From Planctomycetota bacterium (GTDB lineage: Bacteria > Planctomycetota > SZUA-567 > H5-PLA8): a DNA stretch of 57,638 nt. The position numbers were made by a program, and so were the translations under genes. The notes under the pieces are model-generated. The model saw only the letters and a program-made list of their open reading frames with translations. It did no database searches and was not told the DNA's origin. Of the stretch, positions 46,161-56,575 are shown one piece after another (the first letter of the stretch is position 1; every line of letters begins with the position of its first letter). The stretch is from NCBI GenBank assembly GCA_045863855.1, contig BTVV01000032.1, forward strand, positions 1 through 57,638, given 5' to 3'.

Positions 46161-48491
46161 CTACGCATACGCCCGCACATCGTACACTTGCGCCCGCGGC
46201 GTCCCGTGCGTCGCCTTCACCTCCAGCCGCACCGCGTCGGCCTGGTAGCGCTTGTCCAGCACCCACACGTTCCGCCGCAGCCGGTTCCCGCGCACTTCCT
46301 TCACCGTCTGCCACGCGCCGTTGACGCGAAGCTGAACGTCGTAATCCTTCACCAAATCAGGCTCGCACGCGTGCGGCATCGGCAGCCACATGCTTGTCAG
46401 GTGCCGGTCGAGGTCGCTGTCGAAGAGGAACTGGACCTCGCGCACCGCCAGCGGCTGGCCGAAATCCACCTCCAGCCACTCCGGGCGCTCGAAGTTCGTC
46501 GGCGCCGAGATCCACAGATTGGGAAGCTGGTACGGCCGGCCGTAGCCGTTCGTCACGTTCGCCGGACCGTACACCGCGCGGTCTTCGGGCAGGCGCACGC
46601 ACGGGACCCAGCCGCCGAGCTTCTGCAAACGGCTGTGCACGTTGCTGTGCCGCGGCGTCTTGTGGATGCCCACGTCCTGGAACGCCTTCACGCCCGGCAG
46701 GCGCCCGTCCTGAGCGTGCCAGTGCACGGCCGGATTCGCCTTCAGCTCCAGCATGTGCCAGCCGCGCTGCGTGATCGCCGCGTTCACCGGCAGCGTCACC
46801 CACTGCGCGCCGCCCGGCTGCAAATTGACGCTCCCTTCAGCCACCGTATCCTTCGGGATGTACAGCCCCGAGCCGTCGTTGCGGTGCAGTTGCCAGCCCA
46901 GCGTCGTCGGCTGCTCCACCGTCAGGAGCACCTCTGCCTGCTCGAGGCGCTTGGAAGCCACCGGAATCAGCACGACGCGGTTCTTGTCCAGCGCGACCGA
47001 CTTCGACGGCCGGTCCAGCGCCACGCGGTCGAGCTGCGAGCTGCACGTCACCGGCGCGGCCGCGGCCAGATTGCCGACCTCCGCGCTCTTCACGCCCACG
47101 ATGTAATGGTCGTCGCGCAGCAGCCGCTCCTGAAGTTCCTGGATCGCCGGGCCGTTCGCCACTTCCCGCGGGCTTAAACCCTTGCGCACGCACAGAGCCG
47201 CGCACGCGCCCGCCGCTTCGCCCAGCTGAGCGCACGTCAGCATCACCCGCGTGCTCGTCAGAGCCACGTGCGTAGCCGAGATGTTGCGACCCGCGAAGAG
47301 CAGGTTCGGAACCGTCTTCGAGTACAGGCAGCGCAGCGGGACGTTGTACAGCCCCGGGATCTGCGTATGGATGCTCGGAGGCACGTGATCGTCGAAGAAG
47401 CCCAGCGGAGCGTGGTCGTCCAGGTTCCACCCGCCGAAGGCCACCGCGTCCGGCCACTTGCGGCATTCGACGATGTCCTGTTCGCGCAACACCACGTCGC
47501 CCACGAAGCGCCGCGACTCGCGCTTGCCCGGAATCGCGCCCACCCATTCCAGCGTAAAGTTCGCGTACTTCTCCTTCTGAGCCGGATCGTTCTTCAGGTA
47601 ATGGAAGATCCCGTACGCGATCTTCAGCAACTCGTACTTGATCGCCTCGTTGTCGTGAATCGTGTCCAGCGTCCCGCCCCACTCGACCCACCAGAAGCCG
47701 CCGTGAATCCGGTCGAATTCCGGGATCGGATTGCGCCCCTCGCGGAAGTCCTCCGCCGTGAAGCGGTGCGCGAAGGCCGGAGCCTCGAAGAGCACCGGCT
47801 TGCCCACGTTCTTAGCCTTGAACAGGATCGATCCGCCCAGCGTGTACTTCTTCGGCTCGTCCGGAGCCATGCTCTCGCCGAACTCCGCCTTGCTCTCGCG
47901 CCCCGTCACGTACGGAGCGTCGGCCAGGTAGCCCACCGTCCCGTCGCCGGTGCAATCCAGGAAGTAATCGGCCTCGAACGTCGTCAGCGTCTCGGCCTGC
48001 AAGGTCAACGCCGTGATCGACCGGATCTTCTGCTGCCCGCGCGGAGCGCTCCCGCCGGCAAGCTGAACCTCGTAGACCGAGGTGTTCAGGTACAGGTCCA
48101 GGTTCGGCTGCTTCAACACCAGCTCCAACAGCACCGCGTCGAAGACCTCGCCTTCGCCCGTCGGATTGCGGTACTGGTTCTCCAGCAGCAGCTCTTCCAT
48201 CAAGCCCGTCTCGCGGAACCAGACCGCGTTCGCGCCGCCGCTCGCCCCTTGCAGCCAGACGCGCACCTCCTTCGAGCCGTTCCCGCCCAGGCACGGCCGG
48301 TCCTGCAAAAGCGCCACGCTCGCGCCGTGCCGAGCCGCCGTCAGCGCCGCGCCGATCCCGCTCATCCCCCCGCCGCAGACGACGATGTCGTAACGCTTCC
48401 CGATCCGGCGCAGGCCGCGCGGAGCGTTCGGGTCTTCGTCCTGATGCCCGGGGCCGGACGGTTGAGCGACAGGAGCAGGGATGCGAGACAT
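46161..48491 (-). CDS. FAD-dependent oxidoreductase with C-terminal discoidin/F5-8-like domain
   Basis: DIVVCGGGMSG, QDRPCLGGNGSKEVR, DCTGDG, RESRRFVG, NLLFAGRNISATH...STRVM; C-terminal WLEVDFGQP...VKDYDVQ. Confidence 0.9.
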   Translation of the reverse strand: MSRIPAPVAQPSGPGHQDEDPNAPRGLRRIGKRYDIVVCGGGMSGIGAALTAARHGASVALLQDRPCLGGNGSKEVRVWLQGASGGANAVWFRETGLMEELLLENQYRNPTGEGEVFDAVLLELVLKQPNLDLYLNTSVYEVQLAGGSAPRGQQKIRSITALTLQAETLTTFEADYFLDCTGDGTVGYLADAPYVTGRESKAEFGESMAPDEPKKYTLGGSILFKAKNVGKPVLFEAPAFAHRFTAEDFREGRNPIPEFDRIHGGFWWVEWGGTLDTIHDNEAIKYELLKIAYGIFHYLKNDPAQKEKYANFTLEWVGAIPGKRESRRFVGDVVLREQDIVECRKWPDAVAFGGWNLDDHAPLGFFDDHVPPSIHTQIPGLYNVPLRCLYSKTVPNLLFAGRNISATHVALTSTRVMLTCAQLGEAAGACAALCVRKGLSPREVANGPAIQELQERLLRDDHYIVGVKSAEVGNLAAAAPVTCSSQLDRVALDRPSKSVALDKNRVVLIPVASKRLEQAEVLLTVEQPTTLGWQLHRNDGSGLYIPKDTVAEGSVNLQPGGAQWVTLPVNAAITQRGWHMLELKANPAVHWHAQDGRLPGVKAFQDVGIHKTPRHSNVHSRLQKLGGWVPCVRLPEDRAVYGPANVTNGYGRPYQLPNLWISAPTNFERPEWLEVDFGQPLAVREVQFLFDSDLDRHLTSMWLPMPHACEPDLVKDYDVQLRVNGAWQTVKEVRGNRLRRNVWVLDKRYQADAVRLEVKATHGTPRAQVYDVRAYA

Positions 48492-48560
48492 GCAAAAACC
48501 TCCAAGAATGGGATGAAGCGAATGCTCGGCACAATCCGTAAAGTTTATTTTCGAGTGGTT

Positions 48561-48601
48561 TACACCGAATCGTTTCTTATGTATACACCGAAACCTTTCG
48601 G
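48561..48601. promoter_or_regulatory. Tandem LacI-type operator-like sites
   Basis: TACACCGAATCGTTTC (48561-48576) and TACACCGAAACCTTTCGG (48584-48601), 23 bp apart, each with a GAAnnnTTTC dyad. Located in AT-rich DNA upstream of the oxidoreductase. Confidence 0.55.
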
Positions 48602-48666
48602 CAACGCAAGCCGAGCGCCCCGGAATCCAAAAAGAACTAGGTTCTTATGCGCTTAAAACGATATAA

Positions 48667-49368
48667 TCAGACCGCCGGAAGCACGTCCGCGAACCAGAAT
48701 CCGTCCCGTTCGACCACCTCGCCTACCTTATATGAAATCGCTTCTTTGAAGCACGGCCCGGAGAAACAGAATGTATGGAACTCGCCCTTCTCCCCGCACG
48801 GATCGACGCTGGAAGGTAGCTCTGCCAATAGACTTGCATCCCAAACCCGGCCCGCGAAACGCGGCTCCAGTTGCTTCGGGTCCACGCTCACCAGTACCGC
48901 TTTAAGTCCCGAAGCCTGCATGGTTTGCGCCAGCGCCGCCGTATCGGCGGCACTGCCCCAGAGCGGAAAGATCGGTGTAACTCCTGTCCCGGCCATCTTT
49001 TCCACACGATAACGCCGGATCTCCTCCAAAAACAGATCCCCGAACGCAACCTGCGTAACGCCCTCCCCGCGCGCCCGCTCGATCACCGCCGCCATCCGGC
49101 TTTCATACTCCTTATTGTTGCACGGCCACGGCAAAGGCACATCCCATAGGGGTAGGCCCGTCACCTGCGCCTGAGCTTCCGCCAGCACCCGCCGCGTCCC
49201 GTGCATCGCCACCCGGTCGAAGGCCGCGTTGAAGGTCGTCAGCAGCCCCACAACCTCAATGCTGGCATCCTGTTGTAATCGATGGAGCATCCACGCGCTA
49301 TCCTTTCCGGTACTCCAGGAGACCAGCGTCTTGAGCCGCTTCGATTCCGGCATGGAGTTTATCTCCAA
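48667..49368 (-). CDS. PP-loop ATPase (diphthamide synthase / MJ0570-like adenine nucleotide alpha-hydrolase)
   Basis: SWSTGKDS, RVAMHG, FGDLFLEEIRRYR, FPLW, DPCGEKGEFHTF. Start could be 49353. Confidence 0.9.
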   Translation of the reverse strand: MEINSMPESKRLKTLVSWSTGKDSAWMLHRLQQDASIEVVGLLTTFNAAFDRVAMHGTRRVLAEAQAQVTGLPLWDVPLPWPCNNKEYESRMAAVIERARGEGVTQVAFGDLFLEEIRRYRVEKMAGTGVTPIFPLWGSAADTAALAQTMQASGLKAVLVSVDPKQLEPRFAGRVWDASLLAELPSSVDPCGEKGEFHTFCFSGPCFKEAISYKVGEVVERDGFWFADVLPAV

Positions 49369-49453
49369 TCCCTCATTTGAGTTATATAAGCGGTTAAAAA
49401 GACTTGTTGACTTTGCACCTGTTCCAGCTTAACAGAGAAGCGCCTGAAAACTG

Positions 49454-49666
49454 AATACCGAAAGCCCTGTTCGGTGCCCAACGCATGGGCCGAAAGAGGG
49501 AAGGCGGTGCAAATCCGCCGCTGTGGTCGCCGCTGTAACCGGGGACGAACCGTTGCAACTCTGGATCGCGTAAGGCGTTCCAAGTACCACTGGCAGCCCG
49601 CAAGGCCGCCGGGAAGGGCAACGGGTAGGACGAACCGGAAGCCAGAAGACCTGCCGACTACGGTAC
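49454..49666 (+). ncRNA. Cobalamin riboswitch
   Basis: CGGTGCCC...AAGAGGGAA-GGCGGTGCAAATCCGCC...CTGTAA...CCACTG...GGGAAGG...AAGCCAGAAGACCTGCC (B12 box); upstream of a TonB-dependent receptor. Confidence 0.95.
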
Positions 49667-49917
49667 GCGTGGTCCGGACGCTCGAGCCTCTAACGAGCTT
49701 CCACCAAACCACTTAGCGTACCGCGCGCTGCATCCAGCGCGGGGCTTTCACGGGTTTCCTCGAACCAAGGAAGCCGTGATGCCACCGGCCCGCGAGTGCG
49801 GCCGGTCTCGAATCCCCCATGCGCTAAACCCAATGCGCGTAAGGGCTTCCTTCACGGCAAGGAAGCCCGCGTTCCCGTTCCAGCCCCGCCGACCCAGCGG
49901 AGCGTAGGAGCACGCGC

Positions 49918-51909
49918 ATGTCTCCGTTCCGCCTGGCCGCGCTCGCGGCCTTAGTCCTTTCCTATTCTATACTTGCAGGAGAAGCCGAGGCGCCGCCCGC
50001 GCCCGAGCCGCCCCAACCCGCTCCGGCCGAAGCGCCCGAAGCGAAGCCCAACGAATCCGCTAACTCCAAGACAGATCAGGAGATCGTAGTCACCGCCACG
50101 CGCCTCCCTACGCCCCGCGAACAGACCGGCGTCTCGATCACCAGCTTCAGCGCCAAGCGCATGGAAGAGAGCAACGACGACCAAGCCGCCGAAACCGTAC
50201 GCATGGCCCCCGGCGTCTCGATCGCTCAAAGCGGGCGCCGTGGAGACTTTACGGAATTACGCATCCGCGGCGGCGAGACCAACCACAACCTCATTCTGTG
50301 GGACGGCTTCCGCGTCAACCAGGTCGGCGGGCTTTACGGCTGGGACAGCCTGGACCCCGTCGGCGCCGACCGCATCGAGATCGCCGCCGGGCCAGGCTCC
50401 GCCCTCTTCGGCAGCGACGCCATGACCGGAACTGTACAAGTCCTAACGGCTAAAGGAGAAGGAGATCCAAAAGCCAGCGTCTCCGGCGCCGCCGGCACCT
50501 ACGGCACCGACCGCGAAACCCTCTCCGTAGAAGGCCAGCACGCTTGGTTCAGCTACAACGTCGCCAGCTCCCGGATCCACCGCCTGGAGGCCTCGGTCAA
50601 CAACAGCGAACTTGAATCGATCAACTACGCCGGACGCTTCGATTTCCAGCTCGCCAAGCAACATACGCTGAAACTCATCGGTCGTGGAAACACTTTCAGT
50701 AAAGGAGGTTACGAAGTTACTCCGCTCACCAACGGAACCGCCCTTTCGCCGCCCGACCCCGACGACCAGTTCCGCAAAAACGAGAACCTCTACGGCGTCG
50801 AGTACGCCGGCCATCCCCTCCCGATCTGGGAAGTGATCGCCCGTTCCGGCTACTACGAACTCGAAAGCGTTAACCGCACCAGTCCCCAGCAGGACTTTGG
50901 TGGCGATCGCTTCTTCGCGCGTAACTATAGAACCTCGTGGGAGATACAGAACAACGTCACCGCCTTCGAAAGCGAGCACATTCGGAACGTCGTCACCGCC
51001 GGATACTACGGCGAATACGAAGGTTTCAAGACCACCTTCTTCGGCTTTGGAAGCTTCTCGCGCGACCACTACGGCCGCGTCGTGCAGGCTTTTTACCTCC
51101 AAGATCGCTTGGAACTCTTTGACAGGGCTTTTCTTACAGCAGGCGTGCGACGCGAAGAGAACGAGGACTTCGGCGACTTCCTCACCGCCCGCGCCGACGC
51201 CTCGATCCTGATTCCCGAAAGCGATTCGCGCATCTTCGGCAGTGTCGGTAACTCCTTCAGGGCGCCCGACTTCTTCGAACTCTTCAGCGCCTTCGGCGGG
51301 AACCCGTCGCTCCAACCCGAAGAGAACTTCGCCTGGGACGCGGGCCTCGAACAGCATTTCTGGAAGCGCCGTATCGTCTTACGCGGCACGTACTTCCGTA
51401 ACGAATTCGACTCCCTGATCGGCCCCGGCCCCAGCGCCCAAAGCCAGAACGTCGCCGGCGCGCTGACCCAGGGCTGGGAGTTCTTCTTCGGCTTTAACCC
51501 GTTGAAGCAAATGTCCTTAGAAGCCAGCGCCACCTTCCTGCGTTCCCGCGACGACAACGGCACGCGCCTCCTGCGCCGCCCGCCCCGTACCTACACCGGT
51601 CGCCTCGTCGCCCGGCCGCTCATCGACCTCGTGCCCGATCAACACGACGGCCTCGAGATCGCCTTCGAACTCCTGAGCGTCTCGAGCCGCAGCGATTCGT
51701 TTTTCCAGCCCGGCTTCGTTCGCGTTAACACCCATAACGACGGGTACTTACGCGCGGACCTTTCGATCAACTACCGCTTCTGGCACGATCGCTTCCGGGC
51801 CTTCGCGCGCTTCCAGAACGTCTTTGACGAGAAGTACCAGGACGTCCTGACCTTCCCGGCCGACGGTGCTAACATCATGTCAGGCTTGGAGTTTACATGG
51901 CAGTTCTAA
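49918..51909 (+). CDS. btuB: TonB-dependent receptor, probable cobalamin transporter
   Basis: Signal peptide, TonB box EIVVTATR, plug IRGGETNHNLILWDG, IEIAAGPGSALFGSDAMTG, FRAPDFFEL, NPSLQPE, NVFDEKY, C-terminal F. Under a B12 riboswitch. Confidence 0.9.
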   Translation: MSPFRLAALAALVLSYSILAGEAEAPPAPEPPQPAPAEAPEAKPNESANSKTDQEIVVTATRLPTPREQTGVSITSFSAKRMEESNDDQAAETVRMAPGVSIAQSGRRGDFTELRIRGGETNHNLILWDGFRVNQVGGLYGWDSLDPVGADRIEIAAGPGSALFGSDAMTGTVQVLTAKGEGDPKASVSGAAGTYGTDRETLSVEGQHAWFSYNVASSRIHRLEASVNNSELESINYAGRFDFQLAKQHTLKLIGRGNTFSKGGYEVTPLTNGTALSPPDPDDQFRKNENLYGVEYAGHPLPIWEVIARSGYYELESVNRTSPQQDFGGDRFFARNYRTSWEIQNNVTAFESEHIRNVVTAGYYGEYEGFKTTFFGFGSFSRDHYGRVVQAFYLQDRLELFDRAFLTAGVRREENEDFGDFLTARADASILIPESDSRIFGSVGNSFRAPDFFELFSAFGGNPSLQPEENFAWDAGLEQHFWKRRIVLRGTYFRNEFDSLIGPGPSAQSQNVAGALTQGWEFFFGFNPLKQMSLEASATFLRSRDDNGTRLLRRPPRTYTGRLVARPLIDLVPDQHDGLEIAFELLSVSSRSDSFFQPGFVRVNTHNDGYLRADLSINYRFWHDRFRAFARFQNVFDEKYQDVLTFPADGANIMSGLEFTWQF

Positions 51910-52721
51910 GAAGCGCGAGCGCTCCGACGACGTGGAAGTGGTTGACCCTCGGCGGGATCGCCACGGGGCTCCACGCCGTCGGGTTTTTCTGGATCCTTGG
52001 TCAGGGACAGGACTTATCGAACCCGGGCCAGAACGCCCAAGGGTTGGACGTGCTCTTGAGTCTCGGTGCGCGGGAGGCCGAATTTCTCCCTGGAAGCGCC
52101 GAATTTCGCGGCGAACTCCCCGAGCCGGTGCCCGTCCGGCCCTCGGAGAACTGGCAACCCGAATCGGCGCAGCCCCTTCCAGAGATCACGCCGCAGCCGC
52201 CCTTGGCCCAGCCGCGCGCCGAAAGCGCCCCAGCCGGCGTGCCCGAACTCGCATTGAACCTGGAAGGTTTGAATCGCCAAGGAGTTCCCGAAGGCGCCGG
52301 GCGCAACGGCGGCGCTTCGGCCGCATCCGATCCGCCGCTCACCGTGGGGCCCTTAGCCGAAGCCACGCAACCCACCGGCGCGCCTGCCACCTCTAGTGCT
52401 AACTCTAAATCCAGCAAAGGATTGGGTAGCGTACCGGCCCCCGGCTCCAGCGCCCAACCGCCCGAACTGCGCCTGCCCGGACAGCCCGCCTATCCACGCG
52501 AATGCCGCGGCGGGCTCTGCCGCCACGGCGCCCCCTGCCAAGGGACCGGAACCTGGCGTCTCACCGCCGCCCAATCGGGTCTGCAACCCTTGGAGGTCGA
52601 ACAAGTTACCTCCACCGGCTGTGCCCGCCTCGACGCCAGCGCCACCCGCTTCCTCAAAGCCGCCCAGATCCCCCAAGCCGGCCGCTTTACCGTCCGTATC
52701 CGCTTCCAACTTGAGCCTTAG
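51897..52721 (+). CDS. TonB-like energy transducer
   Basis: N-terminal TM with His (GLHAVG), Pro-rich linker, PAYP...STGCARLDASA...VRIRFQL. Overlaps the btuB stop. Confidence 0.7.
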   Translation: MAVLRSASAPTTWKWLTLGGIATGLHAVGFFWILGQGQDLSNPGQNAQGLDVLLSLGAREAEFLPGSAEFRGELPEPVPVRPSENWQPESAQPLPEITPQPPLAQPRAESAPAGVPELALNLEGLNRQGVPEGAGRNGGASAASDPPLTVGPLAEATQPTGAPATSSANSKSSKGLGSVPAPGSSAQPPELRLPGQPAYPRECRGGLCRHGAPCQGTGTWRLTAAQSGLQPLEVEQVTSTGCARLDASATRFLKAAQIPQAGRFTVRIRFQLEP

Positions 52722-52727
52722 GCTGGG

Positions 52728-52845
52728 TTTACCACGGAGATCACAGAGCACACAGAGAACGACACCTCAGGACTGGGAGCTTGCTTACTCGAGCCGTCCC
52801 CAAAATCCCGCCCTTCTCCGTGTGCTCTGTGCTCTCTGTGGTGAA
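52728..52845. repeat. REP-like long inverted repeat between convergent genes
   Basis: 32-nt arms 52728-52759 and 52814-52845 match at 28/32 positions (TTYACCACRGAGAKCACAGAGCACACRGAGAA). Confidence 0.85.
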
Positions 52846-52847
52846 TA

Positions 52848-53510
52848 TTACCTCAGTCCACAGAACGGGTTACCCCGCTTCTCCGCCCCGATCGTCGTCT
52901 CCGGCCCGTGCCCCGGATGTACGATCGTCTCGTCGGGCAGGATGAAGAGCTTGGACTGAATCCCCTCGATCAGAACCTCATGTCCGCTGCTTCCCGGGAA
53001 GTCGGTTCGCCCTATGGAGTTCTGAAACAGGATATCGCCGTCGAAAAGATGCGGCGGCCCGCTCTTATCGGCCACGAAGTACGCCGTCCCGCCCGGCGAA
53101 TGCCCCGGCACGTGAATCGATCCAAGCTCGAACCCACCGAGGCGCAAGATATCGCAGTCCCGCACCAGCACATCCGCCGGTGGCGCCGTAACCTTCCCGC
53201 CCACGAAGTAGCTCAGGTTCTTCATCGGCTTGCCGAGCCAATCCGCTTCGGCTTCCGGAACGTAAAGCGGCACTTGAGGATACGCCGCCTTCAACCCGTG
53301 CAGCCCGCCGATGTGATCGCCGTGGCAATGGGTGAGCACGAAGGCCGCCGGCTCAAGCTTCCGCGCCACCAGCTCCGCCCGGATCCGTTCCGCCTCATCG
53401 CCCGGATCGAAGACGATCGCCGGCGCCGCGCCGGTCTTCCAAAGCAGGTAGCAATTTTCCTGCAAATCGCCGACGCAAAGCTGGAGCGTTTGAAGACTTG
53501 CGGAAGACAT
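52848..53510 (-). CDS. MBL-fold metallo-hydrolase (glyoxalase II / YcbL-like)
   Basis: ENCYLL, THCHGDHIGG, PGHSPG, GDILFQNSIGRTDFPG, PGHG. Real start is ATG 53510; the upstream extension in the ORF track is an antisense shadow. Confidence 0.92.
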   Translation of the reverse strand: MSSASLQTLQLCVGDLQENCYLLWKTGAAPAIVFDPGDEAERIRAELVARKLEPAAFVLTHCHGDHIGGLHGLKAAYPQVPLYVPEAEADWLGKPMKNLSYFVGGKVTAPPADVLVRDCDILRLGGFELGSIHVPGHSPGGTAYFVADKSGPPHLFDGDILFQNSIGRTDFPGSSGHEVLIEGIQSKLFILPDETIVHPGHGPETTIGAEKRGNPFCGLR

Positions 53511-53618
53511 GCGCGCGCATTCCTTGAAGGTCCGAAAGGGCTTTCTCTTGACGTTACCGAATCCTTGTCTACCTTCCCAAAGCAGCTCCTCCAACCTCAA
53601 ACGAACGGAAACCCAATC

Positions 53619-54971
53619 ATGGCCGGCATCTTCAAGTCCTATGACGTCCGCGGCATCGTGCCGACGGAGCTTACCACCGGCGACGCGTACCGGATCGGCA
53701 AAGCGACGGCGGCGTTCCTGAAGGCCAAGACGATGGCCGTCGGCCGCGACGCGCGCCTCAGCAGCCCGGATCTGCAAGCCGCGCTGCTGGCGGGGATTGC
53801 CGCGGCCGGCTGCGACGCCTACGACTTGGGTATGGGCCCGACGCCGATCAGCTACTTCGCCGCGGGGCACCTCGGTAAATCCAAGTGCGGCGGCGCGATA
53901 CAAGTCACCGCGAGCCATAATCCCGCCGAGTACGGCGGCTTCAAGTTCACCAAAGCCGGCGCGCTTCCGATGAGCTACGGGCAGGGTTTGGAAGAAGTCG
54001 AGAAACTCTTTCTCAAGGATGAGCCTCATCTTGCGAAGAAACCCGGCAAGATTAAGTCCCTGAATTTGTGGCCGAAATACATCGCGCATTGCCGACGCTT
54101 CGCGCAGCTCGACAAAAAGCGCCCGCTCAAGATCGCCATCGATTGCGGCAACGGCGCCATGGGCCAATGGCTCCCCGCGTTGCTTAAAGGCCTGCCGCTG
54201 AAGACGATACCGCTTTACTGGACCCCCGACGGACGCTTCCCGAATCACGAAGCCAATCCGCTGAAGCTCGAGAACATCGCGAAGCTCCGCGAAGTCGTCG
54301 TGGCCAAGAAGTGCGACCTCGGCGTGGCCTTCGACGGCGACGGCGATCGCGTCGCCTTCGTCGACGAGCGCGGCGAGCCGATCCCCGGTGACGTCGCCGG
54401 CGCGCTGATGGCGCAGGTGCTCCTGAAAGCAAACCCAGGAGCGAACGTGCTTTACGACGTCCGCGCGACGCGCGCCTTCGCCCAGGCCGTCGAAGAAGCC
54501 GGCGGCCACGCGCTCGAGACCCGCGTCGGGCACAGCCACATCAAAGCCGGGCTGCGCGAACACAAAGCCGTGATGGCCGCGGAGTTGTCCGGACACTTCT
54601 ACTTCCGCGACTTCTTCTGCAGCGACAGCGGCGAAACTGCCTTCTTCCTGGTCCTAAGTCTCGTCAGCCAAAGCGGAAAGAAAGCCAGCGAACTCGTCGC
54701 CCCGCTGCAGCGCTTCTTCCACACCGGCGAAATCAATTTCCACGTCCAGGACGCCAACAAAACCGTCGAAGCCGTCGAAGCCGCCGTAAAGGGCCGCGCC
54801 AAAGCGATCAGCAAAGTCGATGGCGTCACCATCGATATGGGCCCGTGGTGGTTCAATCTGCGTAAGTCCAATACCGAGCCCGTGGTACGCCTGAACCTCG
54901 AGAGCCTCAATTCCAGCGCCGAGATGGAAGCGGCCCGGAACGAGATCGTTCGGCTGATCGAAGGAAAGTAG
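53619..54971 (+). CDS. Phosphomannomutase/phosphoglucomutase
   Basis: FKSYDVRG, TASHNP, DGDGDR, AELSGHFYF, RKSNTEP. Real start is ATG 53619. Confidence 0.95.
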   Translation: MAGIFKSYDVRGIVPTELTTGDAYRIGKATAAFLKAKTMAVGRDARLSSPDLQAALLAGIAAAGCDAYDLGMGPTPISYFAAGHLGKSKCGGAIQVTASHNPAEYGGFKFTKAGALPMSYGQGLEEVEKLFLKDEPHLAKKPGKIKSLNLWPKYIAHCRRFAQLDKKRPLKIAIDCGNGAMGQWLPALLKGLPLKTIPLYWTPDGRFPNHEANPLKLENIAKLREVVVAKKCDLGVAFDGDGDRVAFVDERGEPIPGDVAGALMAQVLLKANPGANVLYDVRATRAFAQAVEEAGGHALETRVGHSHIKAGLREHKAVMAAELSGHFYFRDFFCSDSGETAFFLVLSLVSQSGKKASELVAPLQRFFHTGEINFHVQDANKTVEAVEAAVKGRAKAISKVDGVTIDMGPWWFNLRKSNTEPVVRLNLESLNSSAEMEAARNEIVRLIEGK

Positions 54972-55107
54972 TGAACGGTGAACGGAATTTACACCGAAAT
55001 GACACATGGAAATAAGGAGCAGCCGTTCCTTATTTTTGACTTTTTGCTCTTGGCCTGCCCATTCCATTCCTAACCCCCATCCCCATCTCCCCTTCTGAGG
55101 TGCCTCC

Positions 55108-56421
<1,314 letters not shown>

Positions 56422-56422
56422 G

Positions 56423-56570
56423 TTCACCACAGAGACCGCAGAGTACACCGAGAACGGCGCACTGCTCAGGCGGGGGAACGGCGGGGCGACAAAAAAAACG
56501 CCAAGCCGAGGCTTGGCGTTCTTGGTGCTAATGCGCCGTTCACTGCGGTCTTTGTGAGCTCCGTGGTGAA
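56423..56570. repeat. REP-like inverted repeat enclosing a terminator
   Basis: 39-nt arms 56423-56461 and 56532-56570 share TTCACCAC.GAG...GAACGGCGCA; same family as 52728. Confidence 0.75.
56491..56523 (-). terminator. Intrinsic terminator, probably bidirectional
   Basis: A8-CGCCAAGC-cgag-GCTTGGCG-TTCTT between the convergent hemL and isomerase genes. Confidence 0.85.
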
Positions 56571-56575
56571 CGCCG

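Noticed and set aside
50440..51140. Locally more A/T-ending codons in btuB as a sign of horizontal transfer
   Set aside because: Impression only and not quantified; no mobility genes or boundaries; could reflect variable barrel loops.
52848..54971. 582-aa and 687-aa mutually overlapping ORFs suggesting fusion proteins
   Set aside because: Each is a real gene (MBL hydrolase from 53510, PMM from 53619) extended by the antisense shadow of its divergent neighbour.
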